Origin: an uncultured Roseivirgaceae bacterium
GTDB lineage: Bacteria; Bacteroidota; Bacteroidia; Cytophagales; Cyclobacteriaceae
DNA: 64,000 nucleotides
Assembly (NCBI GenBank): GCA_964350505.1
Contig: CAYGKL010000001.1
Location: forward strand, 13,675-77,674
Direction: 5' to 3'
In this document: in pieces, positions 28,800 to 39,364 of the stretch
Numbering within the stretch: position 1 is the first letter of the stretch
Layout of the letters: each line of letters starts with the position of its first letter
Made by a program: the position numbers and the translations under genes
Notes under the pieces: model-generated
Database searches by the model: none
Told to the model about the DNA's origin: nothing
Seen by the model: the letters and a program-made list of their open reading frames with translations, nothing else

Positions 28800-29727
28800 C
28801 TACAAAGGTCTCTTTAAGGCGGTACACCTTTTTGTTCTGCGATTCAAAATAGGTTCTCATCATCAACTCAGCAATAATACCTACGGTAATAAACTGAATA
28901 CCCGCTAGAATTAGAATACTTCCTAACAAAAGAAGTGGCCTTCCCCAAATATCCTCTCCTGTCCAAAACTTATAAATCACCAAATAAAGATCTATTGCAA
29001 AACCGAGAATGAAAGTGATGATCCCCCACATTCCGAAAAGATGCATTGGTCTGCGGAAATACTTCTGAAAAAAGATCATGAGAATCAAATCGGCCATTAC
29101 GCGGAATGTTCGGTTGATCCCATACTTGGACTCACCATGTATTCTGGCATGATGTTTCACATCTACCTCGGCCATTTTTGCACCCTGAAGTTTTGCTAAA
29201 ACAGGTATAAACCTGTGCAATTCACCATAAAGGCCTAAATTCTTGGCAATGTCTTTCTTGTAAATTCTAAGGCTGCAACCATAGTCACTCAACCTAACAT
29301 CCGTGGTATTTCGAATAATCCAGTTAGCGATCTTACTTGGAAACTTGCGAAGGACAAAGCCATCTTTTCTATTCGCACGAACACCAGCAACAACGTCTAC
29401 ACCAGCTTCTTCCAATTTTGCCATCATGGCTGGAATATCGGATGGATCGTTTTGAAGGTCACCATCCATAGTAACGATGAACTCTCCTTCCGCGGCATCT
29501 ATACCAGCAGACATGGCCGTACTTTGACCATGGTTCTTATTGAAGACCAAGACCTTAGTTCGATCATTAGCTACTTTTTTAGCATTTTCCACCGTTTTAT
29601 CAGTAGAACCATCATCAACTAAAATGAGCTCATAATCTATTCCTTTCAATGCGTCATATTCTTTTTCACACAGTGGAATAACATTATCTTCTTCGTTGTA
29701 GAGTGAAACAACAACCGAAAGTTTCAT
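28783..29727 (-). CDS. Polyprenol-phosphate glycosyltransferase, GT2 (ArnC/GtrB-like)
   Basis: VDDGSTD, NHGQSTA, MDGDLQNDP, DYGCSL and HRFIP motifs; two C-terminal TMs. Confidence 0.9.
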   Translation of the reverse strand: MKLSVVVSLYNEEDNVIPLCEKEYDALKGIDYELILVDDGSTDKTVENAKKVANDRTKVLVFNKNHGQSTAMSAGIDAAEGEFIVTMDGDLQNDPSDIPAMMAKLEEAGVDVVAGVRANRKDGFVLRKFPSKIANWIIRNTTDVRLSDYGCSLRIYKKDIAKNLGLYGELHRFIPVLAKLQGAKMAEVDVKHHARIHGESKYGINRTFRVMADLILMIFFQKYFRRPMHLFGMWGIITFILGFAIDLYLVIYKFWTGEDIWGRPLLLLGSILILAGIQFITVGIIAELMMRTYFESQNKKVYRLKETFVGEQKA

Positions 29728-29848
29728 AGGCAAAAATTGAACTGCAAAGTAAATGAGTTCTGCCTCAAATACCTAATAAAGCCCATTATGGATGAGATTG
29801 CGAATTTACTCCTGAAGCTTCAACATTTTAGTTTAGTTTTGTTACCGA

Positions 29849-31423
29849 ATGAAATTAAGAGTCATTTTCGGAGCCATCGTGGCCTTATCTATTGCCGTTA
29901 TGTTTGCCAATATTGGTGGACTAGATGTTTATGCGCTCGATGAAGCGAAAAATGCTGAGGCAGCAAGGGTTATGTTCGAAAGTGGTGACTACGTGGTGCC
30001 GTACTATAATGGTGACCTGAGAACTGACAAACCTCCCCTTCATTACTATTTCATGGCTGCTGGATACAACCTTTTTGGAGTAAATGCCTTTGGAGCGAGG
30101 TTCTTCTCATCACTCTTTGGTGTACTCACAATCATCATCACTTTCCTCTTTGTACTCAAGCATTTCAATACTCGAGCGGCAATTTTCTCTAGTCTTGTGC
30201 TCATTAGTTCACTGCATTTCAATTTGCAGTTTCATATGTCGGTTCCAGACCCCTACCTCGTCTTCTTCATGACTTGGTCATTTTATTCTTTTTATGAAGC
30301 TTATAAAACGAGTAATCGTTGGCAGCTCTTCTTCTTTTATTTTGCCATTGGTTGCGGACTGTTAACGAAGGGACCAATAGCCTTGGCGTTGCCAGGGTTA
30401 GCGGCACTTATCTTTTTGATTTTGAATAAGGATTTTAAGCTGAAAACGATTTGGAGAATGCAGCCCATTGGAGGAATACTACTCTCACTTCTTGTAGCCT
30501 TCCCCTGGTATTATGAGGTTGATCGAAGCACAAAAGGTATATGGACAGAAGATTTCTTTTTCAAACATAACTTCTCTAGGTACTCGGAAGCCATGGAAGG
30601 TCACGAGGGTATCTTCTTAATCACTTTTGCATTTGTCTTTGTATTAGGCATGCTCACCTTTCTACCCTTTGTCTTTCAAAGTGTGAAATCTGCCATTATC
30701 AATCGAAAGAATGAACCATTGCTCTTTGCGCTTATTGCTTCATTGGTTGTGGTAGTCTTCTTTGCTTCCTCAAGTACTAAACTACCAAACTATACAGTGC
30801 CTAGCTATCCGGTTTTGGCGATTGTTCTTGGTGTATACCTGTCTCAAATTGACGCAGCTTGGCTGAAAAATAATTGGAACAAATTAGGCTTAATCACCTA
30901 TTCTATACTATTAATAGGGTTTCCAGTTGGAATTTATTTTGGCCTGAAAGCTGATCTTTCCCTTAATCACCTTACAGCACTGGCCTACTACTTTGTGGTT
31001 TTAACCTTGGTTGGCTTTTACAACTTGATCATAGTTGTAAGCAAAAAGAGTATCACAAATCTCATCAAATGGAATATTGCAGGATGGATTGCTACAATCC
31101 TCTTGTTTTTCCATGTAATCTTCCCTCAGGTAGACGCTGAAAACCCGGTGCGAAAGCTTTTGCGAACGATGGATACAAGTAAAACTATTATTTCCTATCA
31201 GCGTTTAAACCCAGCTTTTGTTTTCGCTTTAGAAAGAGAAATCCCACGGTTCGCTGAAATTGATGAAATCAAGCTAGCCATCACTCAATCACCTGCAGGC
31301 TATATTATATCAAGGAAGGAATTACGTGAGGAACTGGAGTCAATCGAAGGCTTGGTGTACCATTCTGAGGCGAGAGACCTTTTCGAAACACCAACTACAC
31401 TGGTGATGAAATGGGGTAAATAA
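29849..31423 (+). CDS. ArnT/PMT-family (GT39/GT83-like) GT-C glycosyltransferase
   Basis: LDEAKNAEAAR, DKPPL, ARFFS, LTKGP and TKLPNY motifs; -7 box TAGTTTTG at 29834. Confidence 0.88.
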   Translation: MKLRVIFGAIVALSIAVMFANIGGLDVYALDEAKNAEAARVMFESGDYVVPYYNGDLRTDKPPLHYYFMAAGYNLFGVNAFGARFFSSLFGVLTIIITFLFVLKHFNTRAAIFSSLVLISSLHFNLQFHMSVPDPYLVFFMTWSFYSFYEAYKTSNRWQLFFFYFAIGCGLLTKGPIALALPGLAALIFLILNKDFKLKTIWRMQPIGGILLSLLVAFPWYYEVDRSTKGIWTEDFFFKHNFSRYSEAMEGHEGIFLITFAFVFVLGMLTFLPFVFQSVKSAIINRKNEPLLFALIASLVVVVFFASSSTKLPNYTVPSYPVLAIVLGVYLSQIDAAWLKNNWNKLGLITYSILLIGFPVGIYFGLKADLSLNHLTALAYYFVVLTLVGFYNLIIVVSKKSITNLIKWNIAGWIATILLFFHVIFPQVDAENPVRKLLRTMDTSKTIISYQRLNPAFVFALEREIPRFAEIDEIKLAITQSPAGYIISRKELREELESIEGLVYHSEARDLFETPTTLVMKWGK

Positions 31424-31490
31424 CCTTTCTTGCTTCACAGAGACTGTTTCCAACGTTGGTATCAAACCAATCACTCTAAGATTCTCAAAA

Positions 31491-32132
31491 CTATTTTCTA
31501 AGTAACCCATTCTGAAGTTTCTCAGAATCACTTTTAGGAGCCATTATCATATAAGCAAGTACAACCGAAAGAATTCCGAAAAGGCTTCCAAAATATACAT
31601 CGCGAGCAAAATGCTGAAGAATATACATTCTACTTACCCCTACTAAAACAGCTGAGAAGAAGATCAATACCCTCAACCACGTTGACTTGATAATTAAAAT
31701 GAGAAAGAATGCCAGCGTAAAGGCAGATGCTGTGTGACCTGAAGGAAAAGCATCAAAGCTTCTTACATTGACTCCTTCTACAAAATTCAGCACATCAATT
31801 TGATCCTCAAAGAACAGCTTAGGGCGCGGTTCACCGGCAAATAGCCATTGCTTCAAAATGTGTACAAAAATGGTCTGAAACACAATGGCAATTAGAAAAG
31901 TAAAGAACTTATGGTAGTTGAAAAATAGGTAGCCCAGGGCAACAATGGCCAACAAAGAACCATCTCCCAAATGTGTCCAATATTTAAAGAAAAAGTCGCC
32001 AAATGTAGTATGTCGGTCATTTAACCACAAAACCAAATCACCATGCACTGTAGAGACTAAGAGTAAGCCTCCTAACACAAAATAAAGGGCTGTGAACCAA
32101 TGAACAGTTTTTCCGAATAGATCAGCTTTCAT
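31491..32132 (-). CDS. PAP2-family membrane phosphatase
   Basis: K.....EPRP, FPSGHT and SRMYILQHF motifs. ATG 32132 is preferred. Confidence 0.88.
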   Translation of the reverse strand: MKADLFGKTVHWFTALYFVLGGLLLVSTVHGDLVLWLNDRHTTFGDFFFKYWTHLGDGSLLAIVALGYLFFNYHKFFTFLIAIVFQTIFVHILKQWLFAGEPRPKLFFEDQIDVLNFVEGVNVRSFDAFPSGHTASAFTLAFFLILIIKSTWLRVLIFFSAVLVGVSRMYILQHFARDVYFGSLFGILSVVLAYMIMAPKSDSEKLQNGLLRK

Positions 32133-32790
32133 ATTTAAATTTGAAGCGTAAGTACTTAATCTTCTCTCCCTTTGCGAGAAACTTTTTCTCAAACTCGGTT
32201 TTTATTCCGTGATGATATTCCATTAAAGGTGTTGAATATAAATCAAAAGTCTGATCGAGGATTTCAATATCATTTCTTTCATTTAGTACCTCAAGTGTAT
32301 ATTCGAACAGCATGGTACTATCTGTCTTTAAATTGACAATGCCTTCAGTTGAAATCACACTTTTATAGAGTTCTAAAAACCTTGGGGACGTTAGTCTTCT
32401 TTTAATATCGCGATCCTTCGGTCTTGGATCTGGAAAAGTGATCCATATTTCCGACACTTCTTCTGAAGCAAAGAACTGATCTAGGTGCTCAATCTGAGCC
32501 CTAAGGAATGCAGTATTCGTTAAATCATTCTCTATGGAAGTCGTACTGCCAACCCAAAGCCTATCGCCTTTAACATCGATACCCACGAAGTTCTTTTCTG
32601 GGTATACAGAAGCCAATCCCGTTGTATAGTGTCCTTTCCCACAAGCCAATTCTAAGACAATAGGTTGGTCATTTACAAAGTAATCTTTATTCCATAGGCC
32701 CTTTAAATTCGAATAAATGGGCTTATAGTCCTCAATAACATTGTGCCTTTCTGTAAGCTCTCCAAACCTTTTCAGTTTTGCTCTTCCCAT
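32122..32790 (-). CDS. trmB: tRNA (guanine-N7)-methyltransferase
   Basis: LELACGKG, FVGIDVKG, IWITFPDP and TEFEKKF motifs. Confidence 0.93.
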   Translation of the reverse strand: MGRAKLKRFGELTERHNVIEDYKPIYSNLKGLWNKDYFVNDQPIVLELACGKGHYTTGLASVYPEKNFVGIDVKGDRLWVGSTTSIENDLTNTAFLRAQIEHLDQFFASEEVSEIWITFPDPRPKDRDIKRRLTSPRFLELYKSVISTEGIVNLKTDSTMLFEYTLEVLNERNDIEILDQTFDLYSTPLMEYHHGIKTEFEKKFLAKGEKIKYLRFKFKYES

Positions 32791-34016
32791 TACAAATCTT
32801 CTATTTCAGCCACAACAAAAGTACTTCCACCAATAAATATCATATCGTTTGCTTGAGCCAACTCACGTGCTTTAGCAATAGCTTCATTAACATCCTTCTC
32901 ATAAAACTTGGCTTGCTCTAAATGTCTTGTCTTCTGCTCCAACTCTTCAAGTAAAAGTGCTCTGGGAATTTTAGGCTCGCAGAATATGAGTTGTGCATGG
33001 CTTGGAAGCATTGCTAAAATGGGGTTTAAATCCTTTTCCTTTACAAAGCCCAAAACCATGTAAAGTTCTTCATGAACCTGGGATGTAATCTGCTCAACTA
33101 TGTATTGAAAAGCTTCTTTATTATGCCCTGTATCACAAATAGTTAAAGGGTTTGAGCCTAGCTGCTGCCAACGCCCCTTGAGCCCAGTACTCTGCTGCAC
33201 CTCAGATAAACCCATAATCAGATTACGCTTTGAGATTTTCCATCCGTTTACTCTAAGAACTTCTACCGCAGTAAGAACCCCTTTAATGTTTTTGGCCTGA
33301 TAATTTCCTTTTAAATCAGACAAAGGCATCTCATGGAAAGTCTGTTCCTCTGCAAATGTAATTTTGGCATTCATCGTCTTTGCCATTGCTTTGAACACAG
33401 ACTCAGTTTCTATATGTTTCTCAGTGACAACAACTGGAACATTCGGCTTGATAATTCCCGCTTTTTCGGAGGCTATTTTTGTCAGCGTATCTCCTAACAT
33501 TTCCATGTGATCCATACCAATATTGGTGATCACAGAAAGTTCAGGAGTAATAATATTGGTAGAGTCAAGCCTTCCTCCCAACCCAACTTCAATAACAGCT
33601 ACATCTACTTTGGCCTCAGCAAAATACTGAAAGGCCATGGCAACAGTCATTTCAAAGAAAGATGGCTTTATATCTTCAATAAGACTTTGATTTTCAGCAA
33701 TAAACGCTGTAACAAACTCTTGTGAAACTTCCTTCCCATCAATCCTTATACGCTCAGTAAATGATTTCAAATGAGGTGAAGTATAAAGTCCTACTTTGAA
33801 ACCAGCAGATTGCAGTACAGAGGCCAGCATATGAGAGGTACTTCCCTTTCCATTCGTTCCGGCAATATGGATACTCTTGAACTTGTTATGTGGATTTCCG
33901 AGCGCCTCACACAGCTTGATGGTATTGGTAAGGTCTTTTTTGAAAGCTGCCTGCCCTACCCGTTGGTACATGGGTAAAGCTTTGTACATAAAATCTAGCG
34001 CTTCCTTATAAGTCAT
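32790..34016 (-). CDS. folC: Folylpolyglutamate synthase/dihydrofolate synthase
   Basis: HIAGTNGKGS, GLYTSPHL, EVGLGGRLDSTN and CDTGHN motifs. Confidence 0.95.
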   Translation of the reverse strand: MTYKEALDFMYKALPMYQRVGQAAFKKDLTNTIKLCEALGNPHNKFKSIHIAGTNGKGSTSHMLASVLQSAGFKVGLYTSPHLKSFTERIRIDGKEVSQEFVTAFIAENQSLIEDIKPSFFEMTVAMAFQYFAEAKVDVAVIEVGLGGRLDSTNIITPELSVITNIGMDHMEMLGDTLTKIASEKAGIIKPNVPVVVTEKHIETESVFKAMAKTMNAKITFAEEQTFHEMPLSDLKGNYQAKNIKGVLTAVEVLRVNGWKISKRNLIMGLSEVQQSTGLKGRWQQLGSNPLTICDTGHNKEAFQYIVEQITSQVHEELYMVLGFVKEKDLNPILAMLPSHAQLIFCEPKIPRALLLEELEQKTRHLEQAKFYEKDVNEAIAKARELAQANDMIFIGGSTFVVAEIEDL

Positions 34017-34134
34017 GGTACGAAGATACTAGGAGCATTTGGATCAGATTATTTCTTTCAAAAGAAATTTCATTCTGCCATACGTGTGTTGAACTAGATG
34101 TCCGTCATATAAGCGAAACTCAAAAATTATAAAT

Positions 34135-34797
34135 TTGAAAAAGCAACTCAAAATTACATTGGTACTTACCATTCTGGCAGCATTATTCTCAGGATGTTCG
34201 TATGAAGAGATCAACGGCAATGGCCCGGTGGTTGAAGAAGAAAGATCAGTCGGTGCATTCACCTCCTTAAGTCTCAGGCTACCTGCCAAACTGTATGTTT
34301 ACAATGGCAATGAATCCTCGGTAAGCATCCAAACAAATGAGAACGTTCAGCGATATATCGAAACAACCGTAATAAATGATGAGCTCATTATTGAAACAAT
34401 ACCGAATGTTTCTATTAGAAATACGGATGTCCTGAACATTTATGTAACCTCCGACCTAGTCTCCAGCTTTAGTATCGATGGCTCAGGACTCATCAGTATT
34501 GAAGATTGTTTAGATGCAGCAGCCTTGTCTTTTGACATCAATGGTTCAGGTGATATTAAAGCTTGCGGTTTAACCGATGTGTTGAGCGTAGTTATCAATG
34601 GCTCAGGTAAATTCAAGGGATTCGATCTAGAAGCTGGAACTGCCGAATTGAATATTCGAGGGTCAGGCGATATTGAAATAAGTGTTAATGATGTATTAGA
34701 AGCCGATATATCTGGATCTGGAAAAATAGAATATTATGGTACTCCCCAAGTTTCTCAACAAATTAGCGGCTCAGGAAAAGTTAGAAAGAAGAATTAA
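34135..34797 (+). CDS. Head GIN domain (DUF2807) lipoprotein
   Basis: Lipobox FSGC; repeated I.GSG.I beta-solenoid motifs; TTG start. Confidence 0.85.
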   Translation: MKKQLKITLVLTILAALFSGCSYEEINGNGPVVEEERSVGAFTSLSLRLPAKLYVYNGNESSVSIQTNENVQRYIETTVINDELIIETIPNVSIRNTDVLNIYVTSDLVSSFSIDGSGLISIEDCLDAAALSFDINGSGDIKACGLTDVLSVVINGSGKFKGFDLEAGTAELNIRGSGDIEISVNDVLEADISGSGKIEYYGTPQVSQQISGSGKVRKKN

Positions 34798-35756
34798 TTG
34801 GTCTTAATCACAAAGGTTACTTCTCCTTTAGATATAGAAGCAGCTGTTTTGGAAGGGTCTGTTTGAATAAAGCTCAACTGAAGCACCTGCTTCTTATAAA
34901 ACTCTACGATGGTATTGTCACTGATTGTTGTTCCCGGAATAATGGTGGCATTCAATACTTTACCTCTATCGTCAACGGTGATAGAGAATTTAATCACACC
35001 ATCAATCTGAGAGTCATCCTTGTCTGCTGGAGGACTTTTCCACTTCCAACCATCTAAACTGTAACTTACACCAAGGTCTGCACCACCAGGGTCGGTACCT
35101 GTAGTATTCGTTTTTCCTGTGGGATCACCCATATTACCTCGGATATCCGTTTGGGTTCCCTGATTATTGGAAGCGGCCTCTTTATTATCAGTATCTGTCT
35201 TTTTACCCCCCATCAATGCCCTATTGTCTACAACAGGTTTTGGTTTAGGTTCTTCCTTAGGTTTAACCTCTTCTTTCTTCTCTTCTACAGGAGGAGCAAT
35301 TTCTTCTTTCTTAGTCTCCGTTACTGGAGGAGTTTTTTCTTCAACCTTTACTTCCGTTTTCTCTGGAGAAGTTATCGTTTCAGAAACGGTTTCTTCCACA
35401 GGAGGAGCCACTTCTTTGACTTCCTCAACTGGTGGAGTTTCAATCTTCGCTTCCTCAACAGGCTGCTCTTCTACAATTTCTTCCTGAGATTCCTCAGTTT
35501 CATTGTTTTCGGTATCCGTTTCTGCATCTGGTGGAGTATCGTTTTCTGTGTCCTCCAAAGGAGCATCAATGGTGCGTTCAATATCACCACTTCCCGCTTC
35601 CTGAAAGCCAAGGTTCAACTCGATACCATATTCTGGAACGGGAGGATCTGGTTCTCTCCAAGCGACTAAAACCAAGAAAATAGCGATCAAAGAGCTATGG
35701 ATAATAGCCGAAACTATTATACTAAACTTCTTGTCTTTCTTTTCCTGTTCTGACAT
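34794..35756 (-). CDS. TonB-like energy transducer
   Basis: TM helix with S-x3-H (SAIIHSSL); Glu/Pro/Lys-rich linker; C-terminal TonB-like domain (FSITVDDRGKV). Confidence 0.8.
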   Translation of the reverse strand: MSEQEKKDKKFSIIVSAIIHSSLIAIFLVLVAWREPDPPVPEYGIELNLGFQEAGSGDIERTIDAPLEDTENDTPPDAETDTENNETEESQEEIVEEQPVEEAKIETPPVEEVKEVAPPVEETVSETITSPEKTEVKVEEKTPPVTETKKEEIAPPVEEKKEEVKPKEEPKPKPVVDNRALMGGKKTDTDNKEAASNNQGTQTDIRGNMGDPTGKTNTTGTDPGGADLGVSYSLDGWKWKSPPADKDDSQIDGVIKFSITVDDRGKVLNATIIPGTTISDNTIVEFYKKQVLQLSFIQTDPSKTAASISKGEVTFVIKTN

Positions 35757-36146
35757 TTATTCGGGTCTTGTTACCAAGATCGTTTTTTGTTTCAATTTGG
35801 CTGCAAGTCCTGCAACCCTAGCCGTATGACCAGTCGGAACAGAAGCATCAATATTTAAACTTAAGGTACCTTCTTGCCCACTAGTTAAACGAGCCAATTC
35901 ACTCTCTAGTGTTTCAGGTGTTACTTCCTTCTGATTGAGCACATAACGTAAATCGGCTGTAATCGTCAAGCTATTCTTCTGCATGGAAATTGTTGCAGAC
36001 TCGGCTGTAGGCAAATTAACAGGCAAACCGGAAGGTGTGATAAATGAGGACGTCAGCATGAAAAAGATCAACAACAAAAAGACAATGTCTGTCATTGACG
36101 ACATGCTGAAGTTAGACTCAACCTTATATTTTGACTTTATATCCAT
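35757..36146 (-). CDS. exbD: Biopolymer transporter ExbD/TolR
   Basis: MTDIVFLLLIFFM and VNLPTA motifs. Confidence 0.92.
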   Translation of the reverse strand: MDIKSKYKVESNFSMSSMTDIVFLLLIFFMLTSSFITPSGLPVNLPTAESATISMQKNSLTITADLRYVLNQKEVTPETLESELARLTSGQEGTLSLNIDASVPTGHTARVAGLAAKLKQKTILVTRPE

Positions 36147-36148
36147 CT

Positions 36149-36832
36149 TTACTGAGGTTCTTGAAGTAGATCAATAAAATCTATTGAAGTATATTCCATG
36201 TAGTGAATAGCCTTCTGCACCTTAGCTACCAAATAATTATACCCTAAATAGGCTATAATACCCACTACAAGACCTGCTGCTGTTGTTACCATAGCTTCAT
36301 AAATACCCGTAGAAAGCAACTTTGGACTTACAGAACCTTCTTCTTGTGCAATTGCAATAAAGGCTTGAATCATACCTGATACAGTACCCAAGAAACCAAT
36401 CATTGGCGCTGCACCAGAGATTGTTGCTAATAGAGAAAGGTTTTTTTCAAGCTTATACACTTCAATCTTCCCCACATTCTCAATAGAGGCTTCAATAGTC
36501 TTCAAAGGAGATCCTATTCTATGAATTCCCTTCTCCACCATCTTAGCAATGGGCGAATCTGTTTGTGAGCACAATAGCTTTGCTCCATTCACATCACCAT
36601 TCATTACCAAGTCTTTGATTTTATCCATAAACTCGAAAGGTGTTTTAGAGGCCCTATTAAGGCTCCGAAGTCTTTCAAAGAATATGTATATGGCTATCGC
36701 CCAAAGGATAACGAGTGGGACTAACCAAAATCCACCCTTTAATAAGATTTCAAAAAAGAAAAGTACTCCATCTTCTCCGCCACCGACAGCTGTTGTATCG
36801 GATGCGGCTAATTCTTGCAATAATATCACCAT
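36149..36832 (-). CDS. exbB: MotA/TolQ/ExbB proton channel
   Basis: LATISGAAPMIGFLGTVSGMI and GIYEAMVTTAAGL motifs. Confidence 0.92.
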   Translation of the reverse strand: MVILLQELAASDTTAVGGGEDGVLFFFEILLKGGFWLVPLVILWAIAIYIFFERLRSLNRASKTPFEFMDKIKDLVMNGDVNGAKLLCSQTDSPIAKMVEKGIHRIGSPLKTIEASIENVGKIEVYKLEKNLSLLATISGAAPMIGFLGTVSGMIQAFIAIAQEEGSVSPKLLSTGIYEAMVTTAAGLVVGIIAYLGYNYLVAKVQKAIHYMEYTSIDFIDLLQEPQ

Positions 36833-36833
36833 A

Positions 36834-37646
36834 TTAATATTTCAGTACCCAGATATTTTCACCGTAGGTTGCCACTAATTCAGACCTTTTTTGTTCTCCT
36901 TCAGCCATACTTGCTGATGGTGCTATACCCACTCTATGAAACTTGAACGTGCCAGTTGGGCTCAGCAAATAAGCACTCGTACCTGACTCTACTATTTCTT
37001 GAGCTTTATCCTCCGCTAGGTCTTCATCGTAAAAACTTCCGATAACAACATAGGAACGGCCATCAGGAGCAGAAATTGCAAACAGCTCAGCTTTTGGTTT
37101 AACTGGTTCAGGCTTAGGTTGAGGCTCAGGTTCTGGTGCTTTCTGTACAGGTTGAGTTTGCTCTATTTTCGGCTTAACTGTTTCTGGTTCTTTCTTTTTA
37201 AACACTAAGAAATAGATAGCTGCAGCTACCACCAGTATTAGAATAACAATGAGAATTATGATTCCGCTATTATCTTTTTTCTCCTCTTCTTTTTTTGGTT
37301 TTTCATTAGGAGTCTCCTTTTCTTGAGCTTTCTCTTCTCCCGTGGTAAATGCAAAAGGAACTGGTTCTTCTTTTTCTTCCTCTTTTGAAGGTTCTTTAGA
37401 ACTATCCTCTATCACATCAACCGGATCAATTATTGGTTCAGGAGTATTTATATCTTCAGGATTATCACTTACCGGCTCAAGCTCTATATCATCTAAACCA
37501 AAATCGTCATCAGTAACTTGCGGGTCTTTAGGCTGATCTTCATTTTTTGGTTTAGGCGTATTCTTTTTAGCTCTGGTATTTCTATTACCAGAGTTTTTAG
37601 GCTTGTTACTTCCGTTTGATGAATCGCTTTTCTTTTTAGCTGCCAT
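36834..37646 (-). CDS. Bitopic SPOR-domain protein
   Basis: Acidic low-complexity N-terminus, single TM, Pro-rich linker, C-terminal YVVIGSF...A...WVLKY SPOR domain. Confidence 0.8.
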   Translation of the reverse strand: MAAKKKSDSSNGSNKPKNSGNRNTRAKKNTPKPKNEDQPKDPQVTDDDFGLDDIELEPVSDNPEDINTPEPIIDPVDVIEDSSKEPSKEEEKEEPVPFAFTTGEEKAQEKETPNEKPKKEEEKKDNSGIIILIVILILVVAAAIYFLVFKKKEPETVKPKIEQTQPVQKAPEPEPQPKPEPVKPKAELFAISAPDGRSYVVIGSFYDEDLAEDKAQEIVESGTSAYLLSPTGTFKFHRVGIAPSASMAEGEQKRSELVATYGENIWVLKY

Positions 37647-37720
37647 ACGAAATAAGATTGATGATGAATTTACAAATTAGTAAAATATAAAAAGCTATAC
37701 TAAAATGGGCGAGTATGAAA

Positions 37721-39364
37721 CTAGAAAGTGACCGATAATCCACCTAAGAACTGAATGCCTCGCGATGAATAGTTGAGATACCTCTCGTACTCTTTGCCGA
37801 ATAGGTTGTTTACTTGTAAAAATACACCAAATCGATCACTTATCTCGTATCTCCCGCCTAAATTCAAGTCTATAATATCATCTAACTCAAAAACTTGTGC
37901 CGTTTCACCATTTAAAGCCATTAACCCACCTAAATAGTATAAGTCTGTAGTCACTGTTAGCTTATCTATAGGGAAGATAGTAGTGTTAAAAGCTGCCTTG
38001 AAGTTGGGGCGGTGCCATGCTTCTGCAAGAGTCGACATCGTATAATTATAAAAATCGAACCTCAAAGAGCTTCTCACCTTTCCAGGTCTTTCAAAATTAA
38101 TGGCTGAAAAAACATCTAATTGTCTTGTTTGACCTCCATCGTAAAGCACTTCAAAACGCGTAGAATCAGCGATAGAATTAGTGAAGAATTGAAGGTTATT
38201 AAATGAAGCATAGCTAAAACCACTGCTGATTCTAAAGCCTTCGAACAATTCAAAATCCAACCCACCGAAGACATCACTGGCTTTTTCCGTATTTCTCAGA
38301 TCAAAGTCTGCTGCAAGAAATGGATTTTCAGTAATAGATGATTCTACAGAATTAAACTCTAGGTCTCCTTCGTAACCAGCATAGATTCTGAACCCTGAAC
38401 TCAAGGCATAGTCTAGCTTAATGGCAGGATAAAACCCTAATCCTCTATTAAACCCATTGTCTGCAGCTAAATTGAAACCAGCATTCAGCGTGAACCCATT
38501 TGTTATGTAATTCACTCGTGGCCTAAAGTTCATGTAGCTTCGATTATCCTCTTCAGTATCTTCTCGCTTCGATAGTGTTGCTAGAAAGTCAGCATTGATT
38601 TTCAAATCATCATTGATAATGAAGAATCCCCCAAGGTCGAAATTGAACTTGTTCTCACGTGCGTTTAAGTCATCTTTGAAAAAAGTCCAATCTGTTTTGA
38701 AGTGATAATCAAAATTCGACTCTTTGTTAGCATTCTCAATTAATACATTGGTAGAAAATCTCGTGAAATTTTGCTCAATATCTCCTGCTTCAAAATCTAG
38801 AACAGGATTATAGCCATAGAAATGAACTTTCTGGCTTGAATAATTCATGGATCCAGAAACCTTATTTACGTTGCTGAAGTACTTAGCGCCTATGGCTGCT
38901 TCTGTTCTTCCTTCGCCAGAGTTTTCATCGAAAACTGGCCCATTCTTAGAAGATAAATGCCTTACATAAAGGTTGAAAAGATAAGATTCCTGTCGTTTTG
39001 ATCCCAAATACCCCTCAACATAAGGTGTACCATAATTGCCATATCCCATCTTTAGGAAGTTAGCCGTGAGTGGAGCAAGCTTATCATTACCTTGAAAGTT
39101 GACCGTTCTGAAAGATGGTTCAAGTGGATTCAAACTGTATTGAAACCTCTTAAAGTCATATTGCTGATTGGTGTCTGTTTCACTAACAGGCAATGAAGGT
39201 ATTTTCTCAAAATTTCGAGTCGCAGCCGGAAGTGTTATCCTTCTATCTTTTCGAATCACAATTTCAGCTTCTTCTAACTGACTTCCCTGCCCTTGTTGAG
39301 CGAATAAGCTCATTGATGATAAGCCTAAGAAAGCTATCAATGTTGTTTTAACTAGCTTATTCAT
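37721..39364 (-). CDS. Outer-membrane beta-barrel, TonB-receptor-like without a recognisable plug
   Basis: Signal peptide MNKLVKTT; amphipathic strands; VNNLFG...Y and terminal GLSVTF. ATG 39364 overlaps the TPR gene stop. Confidence 0.75.
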   Translation of the reverse strand: MNKLVKTTLIAFLGLSSMSLFAQQGQGSQLEEAEIVIRKDRRITLPAATRNFEKIPSLPVSETDTNQQYDFKRFQYSLNPLEPSFRTVNFQGNDKLAPLTANFLKMGYGNYGTPYVEGYLGSKRQESYLFNLYVRHLSSKNGPVFDENSGEGRTEAAIGAKYFSNVNKVSGSMNYSSQKVHFYGYNPVLDFEAGDIEQNFTRFSTNVLIENANKESNFDYHFKTDWTFFKDDLNARENKFNFDLGGFFIINDDLKINADFLATLSKREDTEEDNRSYMNFRPRVNYITNGFTLNAGFNLAADNGFNRGLGFYPAIKLDYALSSGFRIYAGYEGDLEFNSVESSITENPFLAADFDLRNTEKASDVFGGLDFELFEGFRISSGFSYASFNNLQFFTNSIADSTRFEVLYDGGQTRQLDVFSAINFERPGKVRSSLRFDFYNYTMSTLAEAWHRPNFKAAFNTTIFPIDKLTVTTDLYYLGGLMALNGETAQVFELDDIIDLNLGGRYEISDRFGVFLQVNNLFGKEYERYLNYSSRGIQFLGGLSVTF

